Assembly (NCBI GenBank): GCA_030390025.1
Contig: CM059425.1
Location: 166,782,001-166,846,000 of the forward strand
Source: Squalus acanthias
Lineage: Eukaryota
Length of the DNA stretch: 64,000 bases
Reading direction: 5' to 3'
The position numbers and the translations under genes are program-made. Shown here in pieces: positions 38,403-53,529 of the stretch. The notes under the pieces were generated by a model that was not told where the DNA came from, did not search any database, and saw only the letters and a program-made list of their open reading frames with translations. Position 1 is the first letter of the stretch. Each line of letters begins with the position of its first letter.

Positions 38403-41400
38403 TAGTGGTGGGAGCAGAAAATTGCATGTGAATGAAATTTAAAGGGATGGAGACAAATTAAATGGAAGTGTCACAATGGGATGACAAAAATGTGAAAGCT
38501 TTTTTAAAGGCTCAACAGACATCGACACTCATTATCTTCTTTTGCCAAAGCTGAAGGGATAATGGATTAAAAGTAACAGGCAAAATAAAGTGAAAAGAAA
38601 CCCCAGCTGCAGGCATGAGTCTGTGGGCAAGTGTCAGAGTAAGCCATTATCAAACCTTCTGTTTAATGGCTGCTGAACTGGAGGTGTTTCTGCATGAGTT
38701 GGTTTCAAGGAGGGTAACTCTTTGTGCCATTTCACTGCACTATCATCCCTTAATTCTACATTTCAGCAAGCGTGCAAGGAGGTGGAGGCAGTCTTGAGGC
38801 CTCAGCTGACTGATGCTGTCACTAGTTCTGCAGCTGCCTGTGACTATTCCGCATCTGTATCTGGCTGTCTGATGACTCAAACTCTGTGAATCAGTTACCA
38901 AAAGCCATTGCTAGGTAACTGCAACATTGCCTGGAAATATGGTGGCGGATGTGACTAATCAGGCTATGCTGGCTAATGATGTCTTCATTTGTACAATACC
39001 ACGTGAAGCATAAAGTGTTGTGATTGGAGTGCTTCTGAAGAACCATCATAATGGTCAGTCAGACCTTTGCATGTATCTGTGCCATTGGAGCTGATCTTAC
39101 AACCTGCCTTGGAGCCTCTACCAGCACCAATCATCTGCCAACACAAGGTATATTCTCTTCTGGCTGCAAATGCAGAAATGTGGGTACCAGCAGGTGTGCA
39201 CAAAGCAACTCGCATGCAGCCTGACCCTCTTGGAATCCCTCTATTGGTCCTCCTCTTCTTCTAGATATGAAAGAGAGGGGGAATTCCTATTTGGAAACCT
39301 ATTGGTAGCAGTAATGATCTTAGCAGCTAAAAGAAAAAACATTACAACAACTGGCATGAAGGTTTGTGAGAAACTAAAAGCCAGTAAAAACAATCCCCAA
39401 AAAGTGAAGATAATCAAGAACTGCCATAAAAGCTAATGAATGAATCTTCTTACTAGCCCCTTTAGTCTTGCTTCCATAGGTAGCTCAGTGCCTAGCAACC
39501 TTAGATGCCTATTTATATGGGCATGATTTAGAAGTAGCATGAACCTGGCATAGCAGCTGCAGGAGGTGCTATTACATCATTCCTATGTTATTTAAATATT
39601 ATAATGAAGTTTCAGGCAGGAGCTTCCTACATCTGCGCCCACTGGAAGCACATGTTATGTGCAAAAGGGAGAGGCAAACCAACATTACACACATTTCGGA
39701 TCCTTAACACCCCAACTGCATTAGCTTACGGGGCGTTATGGGTGAAAGTTGGCCCCAAAGTGTTAATCTAAGTTTAATCTCTATTGGTTATCAGAAGTTT
39801 TAAAAGTGTTAAGGATTTTCTTTAACAATATTCCAGCTATCCTCTAGATTTATCTTTATTTTCAAAATTGTTTTCCTTTGGCTCTCTTTCATTCTCTTCA
39901 CGCATTAATTGTGCATTAATGGCAGCTCGTACACCATTATTTGGCTGGGAGGTTAAAAAGTGCATGTAGAAAGTAAAAGCAGCCTGTGGTGTAAATTGTC
40001 CTTGGCACGTCCAGTGGCAAAACAGCTCTGTGTTTAGCCAGCAGGAGGCCCATTTACTGCTTTGTGAGACAGATGGTATGGCATTTCCAGCCACTTCTGG
40101 AAGTCAAACCTGGTGAGTAGAGGTGTGAAGGAAGCTTTTTTAACTTGATTGCTGCTGAGACACTTTTCCCCTAGATTATACTTTAGTTGTGTAATTTAGG
40201 AATTACAATTGCCTTTTTCTCTTTGGATTATCCCACCTACAATATGTTACGTTTTGGATTTGGCATCAACAAAAAGTAGAAAAAAGACACTCATCCTGCC
40301 ACTTCACTTGAGAAAATTTCTAAAATCAACAGACTAATAAACATCCATATATAATTGATTTGGCTAAAACTGCGTGTTACCTGGAACTCTTTGTGCAAAA
40401 CATCAAGCTTTATCTAATAGTATTCAAACGTCCCTGGCATTTCATGTTTATAATGTGTAGTTTCTTTTTCGTCATTGGGTGAATTATCTTACTGCCTTGT
40501 AACTAGTCATCTGTTGCATAGAAAAATAGCTGTACTTGGTAAATTGCATCAATTTTTGATTATGTGTTTCATTTTTTAAGTTCCCGGTGTCAGTGAATTC
40601 AAAGCATGACAATTAGATAATTTTTGCACAATAAATGTTAAAAATTGTGAGGCATTAAAATTTGGAAGCTTCCCCCCTCGCCCCCCCAAACCCCTGGCAT
40701 ATTGGTAAAGGCCTAAAAATCGACGTGCAGTGCACACGTCTGAATGTCTGAAAGGACAATTGGCACAAAAACACGATGGGGGATCAGCTAGACTTCCGTT
40801 GTAGCTCTGGTGGGAGACCAGCAGAACCAACCAACCTGATTGTACCAAGTATCTACAGTTTCTGAGATTTTCTGGTGTGCCTTGTAAAGGGCAGAACCTC
40901 CATCCACCCCTTACAAGGCAATTATTATGGGGGGGGAGGGTGGTGGGGGGGGCGGTAGGGGGGCTGGCGGAGCTAGGTGCATGGCTCCCTATACTGGGAG
41001 TTGTTGCTTCCCTAGCTCATTTGGGATCTAGCATAGTACTGGAGAGCACAACACTGAGTGAGATGAGGCATACTGGCCTCCAGATGGGTGATAGTGAGTC
41101 CCAGTTTTGGGCAAGGAGAGGTGAAGGGGTTGGGGGTTCCAGGCCAGGAAGGCAGCCTAGACCCCGAAGATAACCCCAACAGGGGGCTGATGCAAGACTG
41201 TATGGGGTCTGGGAAACTTCCCCCAAATGTTGGCCAGCAGCCAGGTTTTCAAGCTGCATGGGGCAGGCGGGTGCAGGAGATGCGCCCACATTGGCACTTG
41301 CACCCATCTGCTCCATGCAAATTAAATGCCCTCCCAAAAACCTTGAAAATTCTGATAGGGTCAGTGCTGGAGTGTACCACGGGCAGACCCTAGTGTAGCC

Positions 41401-42552
41401 ATCTGGATCATGTGGATTTCGGGGACTTCATGTTTAAATTAAAAATTATACATATTAACATTATTTTGTTTTATCAAAAAGGCAAGCAAACATGAACCCA
41501 ATCACGTTAACATTAATATTATTGTAGTTTGTATTACTTAAAAGGCAATAATATTATGTAAAAAATTGAAAGGCAATCAAAAATTAAAGCAATCATGTTA
41601 ACATTAAAAAGGCAATCATGTTAACCTTTACATCAATAAAGGCAATAAAACATAGTACTACAGTCTAACATTACACTTGAACATTAACATTGTTAACATT
41701 AAAAGGCCATCATAACCTTAATGTTCTCAAAAAATAATTTTGCTTCTGTTGATTGTCTCATGTTTCGAGCTGCGCTATCACAGATCGATTTGTTGTTTTA
41801 AGAACTAAACGTTCCTTACTTGCTATATTCCACTTAAAATTGAAAACGAAAATAATGCATCATTAGACCTCAGTAAGATTCTGAGGGTTTTAGGACATGG
41901 GGATGTAACACAAAATGTCCTGGCGCAATGTAAAATTATTTTTTACATGCTCCAGGCTCTATCGAGAGATGACTGCATGAACGAAATTATTTCAAGAGGG
42001 CAATGTGCTGCTTGATGTTAACGGTTACCTGACAGATACTATGCATATTACTCCATCTAATCTTCAATTCTATGCATAAAGTGGATGTAATGAGGAAAAA
42101 GGTCAGTTGGTTCTTTAATTGTCTGGACAATTTTCGATGCAAGATATAGAGCAGGGGCTTCCCAAACCCCAAAAGCCTCAATGACTCAGTTTCTACATGT
42201 GTGTTTATATTTCTTAGACCACTGGATCAGCCTGTTTGAATTTTAAAGATCTAATGATTTGGAAAAAGCTACTCCTTCACTTTAGCATTTAGAATTTATC
42301 AACTAATGGAGGACTAGCTCTTTACCAACCTCCAGGAGCAGTGCAGAGAGGAAAATCAGGTGGGGAGAATCTCATACCCACAATGGAGCCCACCTAAATT
42401 TCCTTCCATTTAAATTAATTATTAATCAGTTGTTTTGCTTAATTTACCCTGTACATTTACTAGTATTTAGAAAAGCATAAAAGGCTAGTGTACATGTTCT
42501 TTTTGTTAACTAACCTTTTAAAAGATACTGAAGAAGTCAATGAAAATCTTTA

Positions 42553-43076
42553 GCCCCAATTTTAATCCCCTGCGCCCAATGAGAACAGGATGTGTGGGGG
42601 GTGAAAATGCTTGCAGTGATCCACTCACGTGATCTTCTCTGGCCTCACACCATTTTAACAGGTGCGTTCTGTCCAGTCAGTGAGGCCCTTGCACCAGGCA
42701 GACAAGGGCCTCACTCATATTCAAAAGTCAGGGCCTGATGATGTCATTCTGAGCCCGGCTATATTTTAACTCTGGACGACCGCGTTCGGCGCCCGTGCCG
42801 GCCTTGCCAGGACAACCGGGTGTGATGGGGCAGCAGGCCCGGAAGAAATCGAAAAGATAAGTCGGTTTTTTTTGAAACAGGTTTCTTTGTGGATCAGGAG
42901 AAGCAGGAGTGCCTGACTTACTTACGTTCCTTGCGCGTCACCGGCTGAGGCCTCCTGCCACGCTCACCCTTCACCTGCCTATTGGCTTGATGTCATTGAT
43001 GCCGGGTTTGGGTGTGGGTCGGGCCTGCTCCACCGGCCCCACGCTCATTGCTCACCACCAGTTAAAATCAGGGGGC
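42553..43076. mobile_element. Harbinger-type MITE
   Basis: GCCCCAATTTTAA ... TTAAAATCAGGGGGC, flanked by TTA on both sides. Confidence 0.55.
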
Positions 43077-45865
43077 TTATTCCTGAAAAATGTAGATGTT
43101 TGTTCAAATTCTTTCAGTCTCACCTTTAGATGAGTCAGTCAGCTTTTGTGGTTGCTGATAATTGAATGTAAAATGAATTTGCCATTTCATTAGGTCGGAG
43201 TGCAAGTCATGGTTAAATAGTCAACTAATTGAGAATAGAAGGTACAAAAGGATTAAAAGCACCACATTCTGACAAAAAAATTAAGTTAAGAATAAAAAGC
43301 AATGAATTGTTTCAAATACGATAAACATGCTGTAAAAGCTACCAGCCTTAGTAACATTGTGACACATCTGTCACATCAAAATACATGGGGCATGTAAATG
43401 AAAAGCCATTCTATCAGCTCTATAGTATGGGTGATATAAACCTATTCAGCATTACCGAAAACTCCCTAGATCAGTGCACTCGGCATGAAATAAAAATGAG
43501 GGAAAGAATGAATTAAAATCAAATATCTGATAAGTAAACTGCATAAGATATTTGTAATATATTTTAAAATGCAAAATGAATGCAGAAAAAATGAGGCTGA
43601 TAATGTCGTCCCTGTGCAACGCTTCTGGGTCTGAATGAGCAGCCTTTGCCTGATGATATGAGATAGGTTTTCACTAAATATTTTGATGGGGTGCCGAGCG
43701 CATAGTGCTGGAAGGGAGGGACGAGATTTCCAATGCCAACAGCTTTTAAAGGTGAATTGGTTGCCCTTACAGCTACACTTCAGACTGAGCAACCAAAAAC
43801 GACTGGGTGCAGAATGGTGCTATTCAACTTCAGTAGAAGGCCACCCAGCAATAAAAAGTATCGTCAAAACAGCATGAGTGGCAGTGATGTCAATGTAATC
43901 TCTTTTAGGGGCAGGTGAGGAAGACATGTTTTGGCCTATACACGTTGCCAAGGTAATTGAGCAAACATAACAATATCTTAATAGGTTGTCTTGCCCAAAT
44001 TTTTTGTTGTTCCTTGCTTTAAATTTTGTACACCATCAAACATGGAAATGTAGTGGACAGCTGCTAATCTTTGTAAATGCATAGTCAGGCTTATTTTCTT
44101 CTGTTCCAATTTGCCTTATCACAGTGCTGCCCATGTTGACCATTAAATGTATCAAGCACCAAATAAAATCCCAGTGCTAGATTCCTACTCACCCATTCAC
44201 ATAAGGTAGCTGTTGTCCTGGGCATTTTGGTACAGCTTATCTTCTCACGGTCGACCTGCACCGATCACCCGATCGACCCTCTCCCGGTTTGACCCGCCTC
44301 TCCGAGTCACCCCCTTTCCATTCTGATCTCTTTCATCCCCCCTTTAAGAACTACCATGTCTGCAGCCTGGGGATACCCAGCAGGTGTCTGCAACTCACCA
44401 GTCTGATGTTAATGATTACATTAATGATTACTCATCCTGACACGTCTGTTCTTAGCTTTCATAGTGCTATGTAGTAGGTCTGCGGGGTAAGCAATTGGCT
44501 GCATCATAAGCAAGGCCCCTGATTCATCACTGAGCTCGTTGCGCTGTAGTCAAATTAATTTCCATGAAATTTGGTGAAACTATAGTGCAATATGAACGGA
44601 GGGCACAAATCCTGATTAATGGTGAAAGTCGTTCATCATGCCGTTCCAGCAAATTCTGGCCCACTGCCCTTAGAGTTACTTTGTCACAGGGAGATACTGA
44701 AATAAATGGTTGTGAACATCGCTGGTTTCTTAAAATGCCTTTTTCTCTTATTGTAACACTTCTTACTTTTATAAATGTTTGTGATGCTTGTGATGTAACC
44801 TCACATTTTCCAGAAAGTCAGGTTTCACTTTATGTCACAAAATGTTTTGCATTGGTTGGTCAACAGAGTAGATTGAAATGAAGGTTTTTTGTTGCCCTAC
44901 TATATATGCTTCATACCAGATTTTTCAGTGACAGTTTGTTTCAATATAGTTGTCAAACCACAGAACTGATAAATTTGTTTCTTAAATTGATGCAGAACTT
45001 ATTCTAACAATTTTACCAGTGCTGTGTAGTGTCAACAATAGCATTGCCTTCTTTATGTTTTTATGTGTAGAATACTGTTTTGGGGCTCTTGCAACAATAG
45101 TTCTTTCATCATTGAACAAACAAAATGAAACATTGTAGAAGTGGCACAGTAGCAATGAAGGTTGGCAGTAGAAATGTCAAATTTTATCACAGAATGGAAG
45201 AACACTTTCAATCCTGCTGCACTTTTCTGCCCGGAACAATATTACATCTAACGTCAGCGATTAAAGCTCATTCAATTATACTTGGTGCACTTTCCTGGAT
45301 TGTGACCACACAAGCAACTGTTCTCGAGATCCACATCAACGTAAAAAATGTACTTATAACTGCTTCTAGCTAATGGGCCCATCATTAAAGAGAAGTGTAT
45401 AGTTTCCCCTGCATTGCAACCATACAAATAATCATGTGATATATATAGCACAAACATCAGAGCTATCTTTTTACTGCAGCAGGCATATCTTAGAATGAAG
45501 CATCAATCTGGTGAAGCTACTACACAGGGCTACCTGCACGCTAAATACGAAAGCAGCAGGCTATCGGCAGAGCTAAGCGGTCCCACAACCAATCGATTAA
45601 AGTCTGCAGCCTTACCACATACAGTCGAAATGGTGGTGGACAATTAGTTAGCTAATAGGAGAAGGAGATTTCATGAACATCCCCAACCCTCACTATGGCA
45701 GAATGAAGCATATGAGTGCAAGAGATAAGGTTAAAATGTTTGCAAGCACCTTTAGCCAAAGATGCCAAGTGAATAATCCCACAGTTTCCTCTTTTGATGT
45801 CCCCGTCATCATAGATGCCAATATCCAGCTAAGTCAGTTCACTCCACGTGACTCCAAGAAGAAGC

Positions 45866-47112
45866 TTTTTTTTTTATTCATTCAATTGATGTGGGCGTCG
45901 ATGGCAAGGCCAGCATTTATTGTCCATCCCTAATTCCCTTGAGAAGGTGGTGGAGAGCCGCCTTCTTGAACTGCTACAGTCCGTGTGGCGAAGGTACTCC
46001 CACAGTGCTGTTAGGGAGGGAGTTCCAGGATTTTGACCCAACGACGATGAAGGAACAGCGATATATTTTCAAGTCAGGATGGTGTGACTTGGAGGGGAAC
46101 TTGGAGGTGATGGTGTTCGCATGCACCTGCTGCCCTTGCCCTTCTAGGTGGTAGAGGTCGTGAGTTTGGGAGGTGCTGTCAAAGAAGCCTTGGCGAGTTG
46201 CTGCAGTGCATCTTGTAGATAATACACACTGCAGCCACAGTGCGCCAGTGGTGGAGGGAGTGAATGTTTAAGGTGGTGGATGGAGTGCCAATCAAGCAGG
46301 CTGTTTTGTTCTGGATAGTGTCGAGCTTCTTGAGTGTTGTTGGAGCTGCGCTGATCCAGGCAAGTGGAAAGTATTCCATCACACTCCTTACTTGTGCCTT
46401 GTAGATAGCGGAAAGGTTTTGGGGAGTCAAGAGGTGAGTCACTCACCACAGAATACCCAGCCTCTGACCTGCTCTTGTAGCCACAGTATTTACGTGGCTG
46501 TTCCAGTTAAGTTTCCAGTCAATGGTAACCCCCCAGGATGTTGAAGGTGGGAGATTCAGCGATGGTAATCCCATTCAATGTCAAAAAGATGTGGCTAGAC
46601 TCTCTCTTGTTAGATATGCTCATTGTCTGGCACTTGTGTGGCACAAATGTTACTTGCCATTTGTCATCAGCCCAAGCCTGAATGTTGTCCAGATCTTGTT
46701 GTATGCGTGCATGGACTGCTTCATTATCTGAGGAGTTGTGAATGGAACTGAACACTGTGCAATCATCAGCGAACATCTCCACTTCTGACTTTATGATGGA
46801 GAGAAGATCATTGATGAAGCAGCTGAAGATGGTTGGGCTGAGGACACTGCCCTGAGGAACTCCTGCATCAATCTCCTGGGGGTTGATGATTGGCCTCCAA
46901 CAACCGCAACCATCTTCCTTTGTGCTAGGTATGACTCCAACCAGTGGAGAGTTTTCCCCCGATTCCCATTGACTTCAATTTTACTCAGGCTCCTTGATGC
47001 CACACTCGGTCAAATGCTGCCTTGATGTCAAAGGCAGTCACTCTCACCTCACCTCTGGAATTCAGCTCTTTTGTCCATGTTTGGACCAAGGCTGTAATGG
47101 GGTCTGGAGCTG
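45866..47112 (-). mobile_element. CR1/L2-group LINE 3' fragment (A-tailed family); an older + strand LINE-like piece lies at about 45490-45862
   Basis: MFADDCTV, IYKAQVRSVMEY, and a poly-T start at 45866. Confidence 0.8.
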
Positions 47113-47644
47113 AGAGGTCATGAAACTTCTTTGGGCATTGGAGCCAGGTCTTGGGGGCAACACTGCTGCCAGTGACTGCCTTGGCAATCTAGTCCCACAT
47201 CCTTCTTTCTGGAGGGCCTCCTGGCCCCTGTGCGTAGAGGAGATCTCTTCCAGTTTTCACCCACTGCACAAAGCTGGAGTGCAACATCCGAGACCCTAAG
47301 TGCCCTTTCCCTGGCCTGTTGAGCAATGTGGTTTAGTGCTGAAGCACTTTTAAGATTTTTCATCAGCAGAAGGCAGCTCACTTTTACGAGGTGCAGACTG
47401 TCTTTAAGAGGCGCAGGCTAGCTTTAAGTAAAGCTAGCCTTGCGCGAACATCGAGAACTTGGGCCCCCCTGCCAAGTGCACAGCCTGTCAGCAGTGCGTT
47501 CAGCGCTGGGCTCTGCGCTGCAATCATTATAATTAGCTTAGCAGCACAAACTTTATGTGCTGCCTGAGCCCCTTTCAACGGGTATGGGCATATCGCGCAA
47601 CGTGTGCCTATGCCCGTTTTTATGCGTTATCGAATTTCACCTCC
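47113..47644 (-). mobile_element. Harbinger half-element (TIR to Myb exon 1)
   Basis: Colinear with 37262-37792. End AATTTCACCTCC. Confidence 0.7.
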
Positions 47645-49296
47645 ACCATCTTTTTAAACAGAGCACAAATTTTGTCAGCCGATATGTTCAATTCCTGTGG
47701 AAATCTGAAAGATTGGAAAGGTTCTGTTTCCCATGAATTTTAGAATGGACCTTTTGACAGTTTTTGCTGATACATTGTTATTGTATTGTAGCTAATACAA
47801 TGAGGAACTTTTATGTTAGCCACCATTGTATTTTTTATCTGAAAAACCCAAGAGACTGCCAGCAGCCTATCTCTTGTTCTACAAGAAATACAATAGGCCC
47901 ATCTTAGATTACGCATTGGTGTTATAGACAGATTTTCTGTAATACCAAAGCATAACCCTGTGCTTCAACAGTTTGTCTTTAAGGATGTAATTGGATATTT
48001 ATTCTTCATTCCAGCTTACCCAGTAAAAATTGTACTTCTCTATTTTTTTTAAATAACCTGACATCTGTCAAAAGTCTTTCCTGTGGTTTGATTCTAACTG
48101 ACAGCCGTGTGTATTCACTTAGGAACCCTGACATGCTGGATATTCTCTCAGACAGGGCTTTTGGCATCGTTGATTGCATGAATACCTTTACATGTTGCAT
48201 TTTTACAGGAATTATAATATAAAGTACATATTTAATACATATTATATCGTTGTACAGTTTTATTTTCTTCTGGAGAACATTAGAATTGCTGCATGCTTCC
48301 TTTAAAATTTGATTGTAGCTTGCAAAATGCACTAACCTTTATAATTTTGTCACTGATAACTTAAAATAACACAAACTGATTGACTGTCAAGTGAATCACG
48401 TAATTTCCATTCTAAAAACTTAATTAAAATCAGTGTCAGTTGCCCAGTTGCTACAATCCTCGAGCACTGTAGCGTTAATTAGATGACTCTGACATTAGTC
48501 CTCATTGTCGAGAAAATGTGAAAACTACCAGCCTCGTAATCTTATTCATTATCGCAAACACAAAGGAAAAATGAGGAAGCTAGGAGCATAAAGGGAGTTA
48601 GGTAGAATTTATTTCATGCAAAAGGCAGTAGGCTTGTGGGATAAATCACCCGGGAACCAATGAATGGACATTATAAATGACTTCAAGAAACTATGAGGTG
48701 TGTTTCTGGAGAGAAAGAAGTGATTGAAAGATACGATGAGCTGGTGGGTGGTTAGGTTTGTGTAGATTTGGTGGGCCTAATGGCCTGTTCTTATTTCTAA
48801 GATTTCTTAAGTTCCTATAATCTGCCTCATAATTCTGAGAAGAAAGAAACTCTCGTCAGAGAAAATTCCTGCTCCCACCACTGAAGTGCATCTCCTGACA
48901 GATATCAAGGAGGGTCTCCAGTGGTGTTCACTGAAATGTTTGGAAGCAGAATCATTCCACCCTGTCAACCAGAGATATGATGGATAAACCATGTGAAAAT
49001 AATCACTGTGGAAAACATTCATAAACTTTCACTGTGTGCATTCTCAATAGGGAAGTGTATTGATCTAATTTTAGAATAGAGGACCTTGAAGTACCATAAA
49101 ATTTGTTGTATAAGTTCACTTTCTTTATTTTATACTTGCTTTATTTCTTTCTCTCTGGCATTGTTTGTTTACTCTGTTTGAACTCTTCCCCGGTTTAATT
49201 CCTTAAAAAAATATAACATTACATCCAAATTCATGTGGAAAAACAAAATGGCCAGACTGACATAATACTGGTCAAACACAAACACGCAAACATTAA

Positions 49297-51826
49297 ATAG
49301 AAACATAGAAACATAGAAAAATAGGAGCAGGAGTCGGCCATTCGGCCCTTTGAGCCTGCTCCGCCATTCAATATGATCATGGCTGATCCTCTATTTCAAT
49401 ACCATATTCCCGCTCTCTCCCCATACCCCTTGATGCCTTTTGTGTCTAGAAATCTATCTATCTCCTTCTTAAATATATTCAGTGACTTGGCCTCCACAGC
49501 TGTCTGTGGTCGAGAATTCCACAGGTTCACCACCCTCTGAGTGAAGAAATTTCTCCTCATCTCAGTCCTAAATGTCCTACCCCGTATCCTGAGACTGTGA
49601 CCCCTCGTTCTAGACCCCCCAGGAGAAACATCTTCCTTGCATCCAGTCTGTCTAACCCTGTCAGAATTTTATACGTTTCCACGAGTTCCCCTCTCATTCT
49701 TCTAAATGCTAGTGAATACAGGCCTAGTCGACCCAATCTCTCCTCATACGACAGTCCTGCCATCCCAGGAATCAGTCTGGTGAATCTTTGCTGCACTCCC
49801 TCTATAGCATGTATATCCTTTCTTAGGTAAGGAGACCAAAACTGCACACAGTACTCCAGGTGTGGTCTCACCAAGGCCCTGTATAACTGTAGTAAGACAT
49901 CCTTGCTCCTGTACTCAAATTCTCTTGCAATGAAGGCCAACATACCATTTGCCTTCCTAACTGCTTGCTGCACCTGCATGTTTGCTTTCAGTGACTGGTG
50001 TACAAGGACACCCAGGTCCCTTTGTACATCAACATTTCCCAATCTATCACCATTTAAATAATACTCTGCCTTTCTGTTTTTCCTACTGAAGTGGATAACT
50101 TCACATTTATCCATGTTATACTGCATCTGCCATGTATTTGCCCATTCACTCAACTTGTCTAAATTGCCTTGAAGCCTCTTTGCATCCTCCTCACAACTCA
50201 CAATCCCACCTAGTTTTGTGTTGTCAGCAAGCTTGGAAATATTACATTTAGTTCCCTCATCCAAATCATTGATATATATTGTGAATAACTGGGGCCCAAG
50301 CACTGATCCCTGCGGTATCCCACTAGTCACCGCCTGCCACCCCAAAAAGGATCCATTTATTCCTACACTCTGTTTCATGTCTTTAACCAATTTTCAATCC
50401 ATGCCAACATATTATCCCCAATCCCATGTGCTTTAATTTTGCACACTAACCTCTTATGTGGGACTTTATGAAAGGCCTTCTGAAAATCCAAATACACCAC
50501 ATCCACTGGTTCTCCCTTATCTATTCTACCAGTTACATCCTCACAAAACTCCAGTAGGTTTGTCAAACACAATTTCCCTTTCATAAATCCATGTTGACTT
50601 TGTCTAATCCCGTTGATATTTTCTAAGTGTCCTGTTATCACATCCTTTATAATAGACTCTAGCATTTTCCCTACTACTGATGTTAGGCTAACCAGTCTGT
50701 AGTTCCCTGTTTTCTCTCTCCCTCCTTTTTTAAATAGTGGGGTTACATTTACCACCCTCCAATTTGCAGGAACTGTTCCATAATCTATAGAATTTTGGAA
50801 GATGACAACCAATGCACCCACTATTTCCATGGCTACCTCTTTTAGTACTCTGGGATGCAGATTATCAGGCCCTGGGGATTTATCGGCTTTCAGTCCCATT
50901 AATTTCTCCAGCACTATTTTTTTACTCATACTAATTCCCTTTAATTCCTCCTTCTCACTAGACCCTTGGTTCCCTAGCATTTCTGGGAAGTTATTTGTGT
51001 CCTCTTCCGTGAAGACAGAACAAAAGTATTTGTTTAATTGCTCCACCATTTCCTTGTTCCCCATTATAAATTCTCCCATTTCTGACTGTAAGGGACCTAC
51101 ATTTGTCTTCACTAATCTTTTTCTTTTTACATACTTGTAGAAGCTTTTACAGTCTGCTTTTATGTTCCTTGCAAGTTTACTCTCATACTCTATTTTTCCC
51201 CTCTTAATCAATCTCTTGGCCCTTTTTTGTTGAACTCTAAACTTCTCCCAATCCTCAGGCTTGCTACTTTTTCTGGCAACTTTATATGACTCCTCTTTGG
51301 ATCTAATACTATCCTTAATTTCTTTTGTTAGCCATGTTTGGGTTCCTTTTCCTTTTGTGATTTTGTACCAGAAAGGAATGTATAACTGTTGCAATTCATG
51401 CATTCGTTCCTTAAATGTTAGCTATTGCCTATCCACTGTCATGCCTTTTAATGAAGCTCCCCAATCTATCATAGCCAACTCACTCCTCATATCTTCGTAG
51501 TTTCCTTTGTTTAGCTTTAGGACCCTAGTTTCGGATTGGACTTCTTCACTTTCCATCTTAATGAAGAATTCTATCATGTTATGGTCACTCTTCCCTAAAG
51601 GACCCCGCACAACAAGATCATTAATTAACCCCTTCTCATTGCATAATACTCAATCTAGGATAGCTTGTTCCCTAGTTGGTTCCTCAACGTAGTGGTCTAA
51701 AAAAACATCTCGTACACACTCCAGGAATTCATCCTCCACAGTATTATTGCTAATTTGGTTTGGCCAGTCTATATGTAGATTAAAGTCACCCATGATTACT
51801 GCAGTACCCTTGTTACATGCAGCTAC
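49297..51826 (-). mobile_element. CR1 LINE, 5'-truncated within the APE domain; ORF2 in four pieces
   Basis: IMGDFN, SDHNMI, KSPGPDNLHPR, GIPQGSVLGP, and a (TTTCTATG)n tail. Confidence 0.92.
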
Positions 51827-52789
51827 TACCATTGCTTTTAAATATTGATATAGTTACATTGGGAGAATATATAAATCCAATTATAAAGAATTATGAATTT
51901 GTTATCTGTACTGTAGAGGAATTCTTCATTCACAATTGCAATGATTCTCTGATACCAATTTCAGTACAATGCAATTTCACATTTGCCATCTCTGCTATAA
52001 ACGAGCAATTTATATACCAAATGTTATGGCAATTGGCATTTTTTTATAGTTAGCTATCTGCCCTCGATTCCCGTATCAAATGTTTGTGTTCCTATTAAAT
52101 AGTCAAATAGGGCACTCAGTAAAATTTTAATGTTCAACATATTAAAATATTAACAATACATTAAAACATTATTACAATAATTGTATTTTTTTCTAACACA
52201 TAACTGTAGGCAGTTTGAATTCAGGATAATTTTATTTTTATTACAGTATAGAAATAGTATGTTCACTGAGGTCACGTGGATAACCAAGATAATTAAAAAT
52301 AACACCAAAGTAAATGAGATTGCTTTAAGAGATTTAAGTAGCTATTTTTAAATGTGAGACTAGACAGTGAGTGTTGACAGGCCATTCCAGCACATATGCA
52401 TCTATCCTGTACTGAATTTACATCCACACACATGCACTTTCCAGCAGGGAGTAACTGGATAGTGATTGGGAGTTGGTGATTTTCCTGGTAATTATCAGTA
52501 AAATGGCAAGGTGGGATTTTAGCCTGCTCACATGATCTCACTGGCAACTAATCACATTTTCTTGCCAGGAGGTTGGGGGGTGTAGGGTGGGATTTCAGGA
52601 AGAATCCCACTCCTGACTGTGTGTCCGCTGGGAGGGAGGGAATTCAGGGAAGGCTGCAGCAGTTAAAAACCTGCAGCTGCTGAAATGAGAGTAAGCACAG
52701 CAGGTCACTCAAAATGGGGGGCAGGTGTGGCGGGGGGAGAGAGAGAGAGAGAGAGCGGGAGCTGAACTTGAATGTTGAAAAGTGATGGC

Positions 52790-53057
52790 CAAAGGTCAGA
52801 AGGTGGAGCACCATCTGGGCAGGCTTGTAATGACCAAGGCCTCAAGATTCTCAGAAGTGTGGCAGAGATACTGCTGGCGGAGATAATGCTGGCAGAGGTA
52901 AGGGCTGGAAGGCAAAGGCTCTTTGACTTCTGGGGAATTATGCCCCAGAAAAATAATATGGAGGGAGGTAGCACTGGCAGTCAGTGTCAACTCTACCACC
53001 CCACAAACAGCTATTCAGTGCCAGAAACAATTTAATGACCTCACCAGGCTGGCCAAG
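52790..53057 (+). pseudogene. Harbinger Myb/SANT exon 1 remnant
   Basis: WREVALAVSVNSTTPQTAIQCQKQFNDLTRLAK|GT. Confidence 0.65.
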
Positions 53058-53529
53058 GTACGCGAAGTCTCGAGTGCCCATGCAGATGCTGAGATACTGC
53101 TGGAAGCATGATTCACCACCACACCATCCAGGACTACATAGGGTCTAAGATGAAATGAATGAGACCCTTTGTAGACACAAGAGACCTCTACAATCCACCT
53201 CATGGGTGCATCTCCCCTCCTGCCATTCCAATGTTATATTTCACATTTCCTGCAATGTTTGAGTGAGAAATGTCTGCACCTGATAGTATGTTCACAAGGA
53301 AATGTGAGAATGTCTGCAGACACCTGGGTAAAACACATTATTAATTAGTCAAAATCATTGTGTTCTTTGCAAAGGAGAAACATGCACACAACCAGCGGCA
53401 AAGGACTGCCATGGGTGGATGAATGAATAGCATCAGGCCCCTCAGGAGGCATATAGGAACATAGGAACAGCCCCTCAAGCATGTTCCACCATTCAATTAG
53501 ATCATGGCCGATATGCACGTAAACTCCAT

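Noticed and set aside
45490..47112. Twin-priming 5' inversion
   Set aside because: The + piece abuts the tail rather than the 5' end of the - copy and looks more degraded, so two insertions are more likely.
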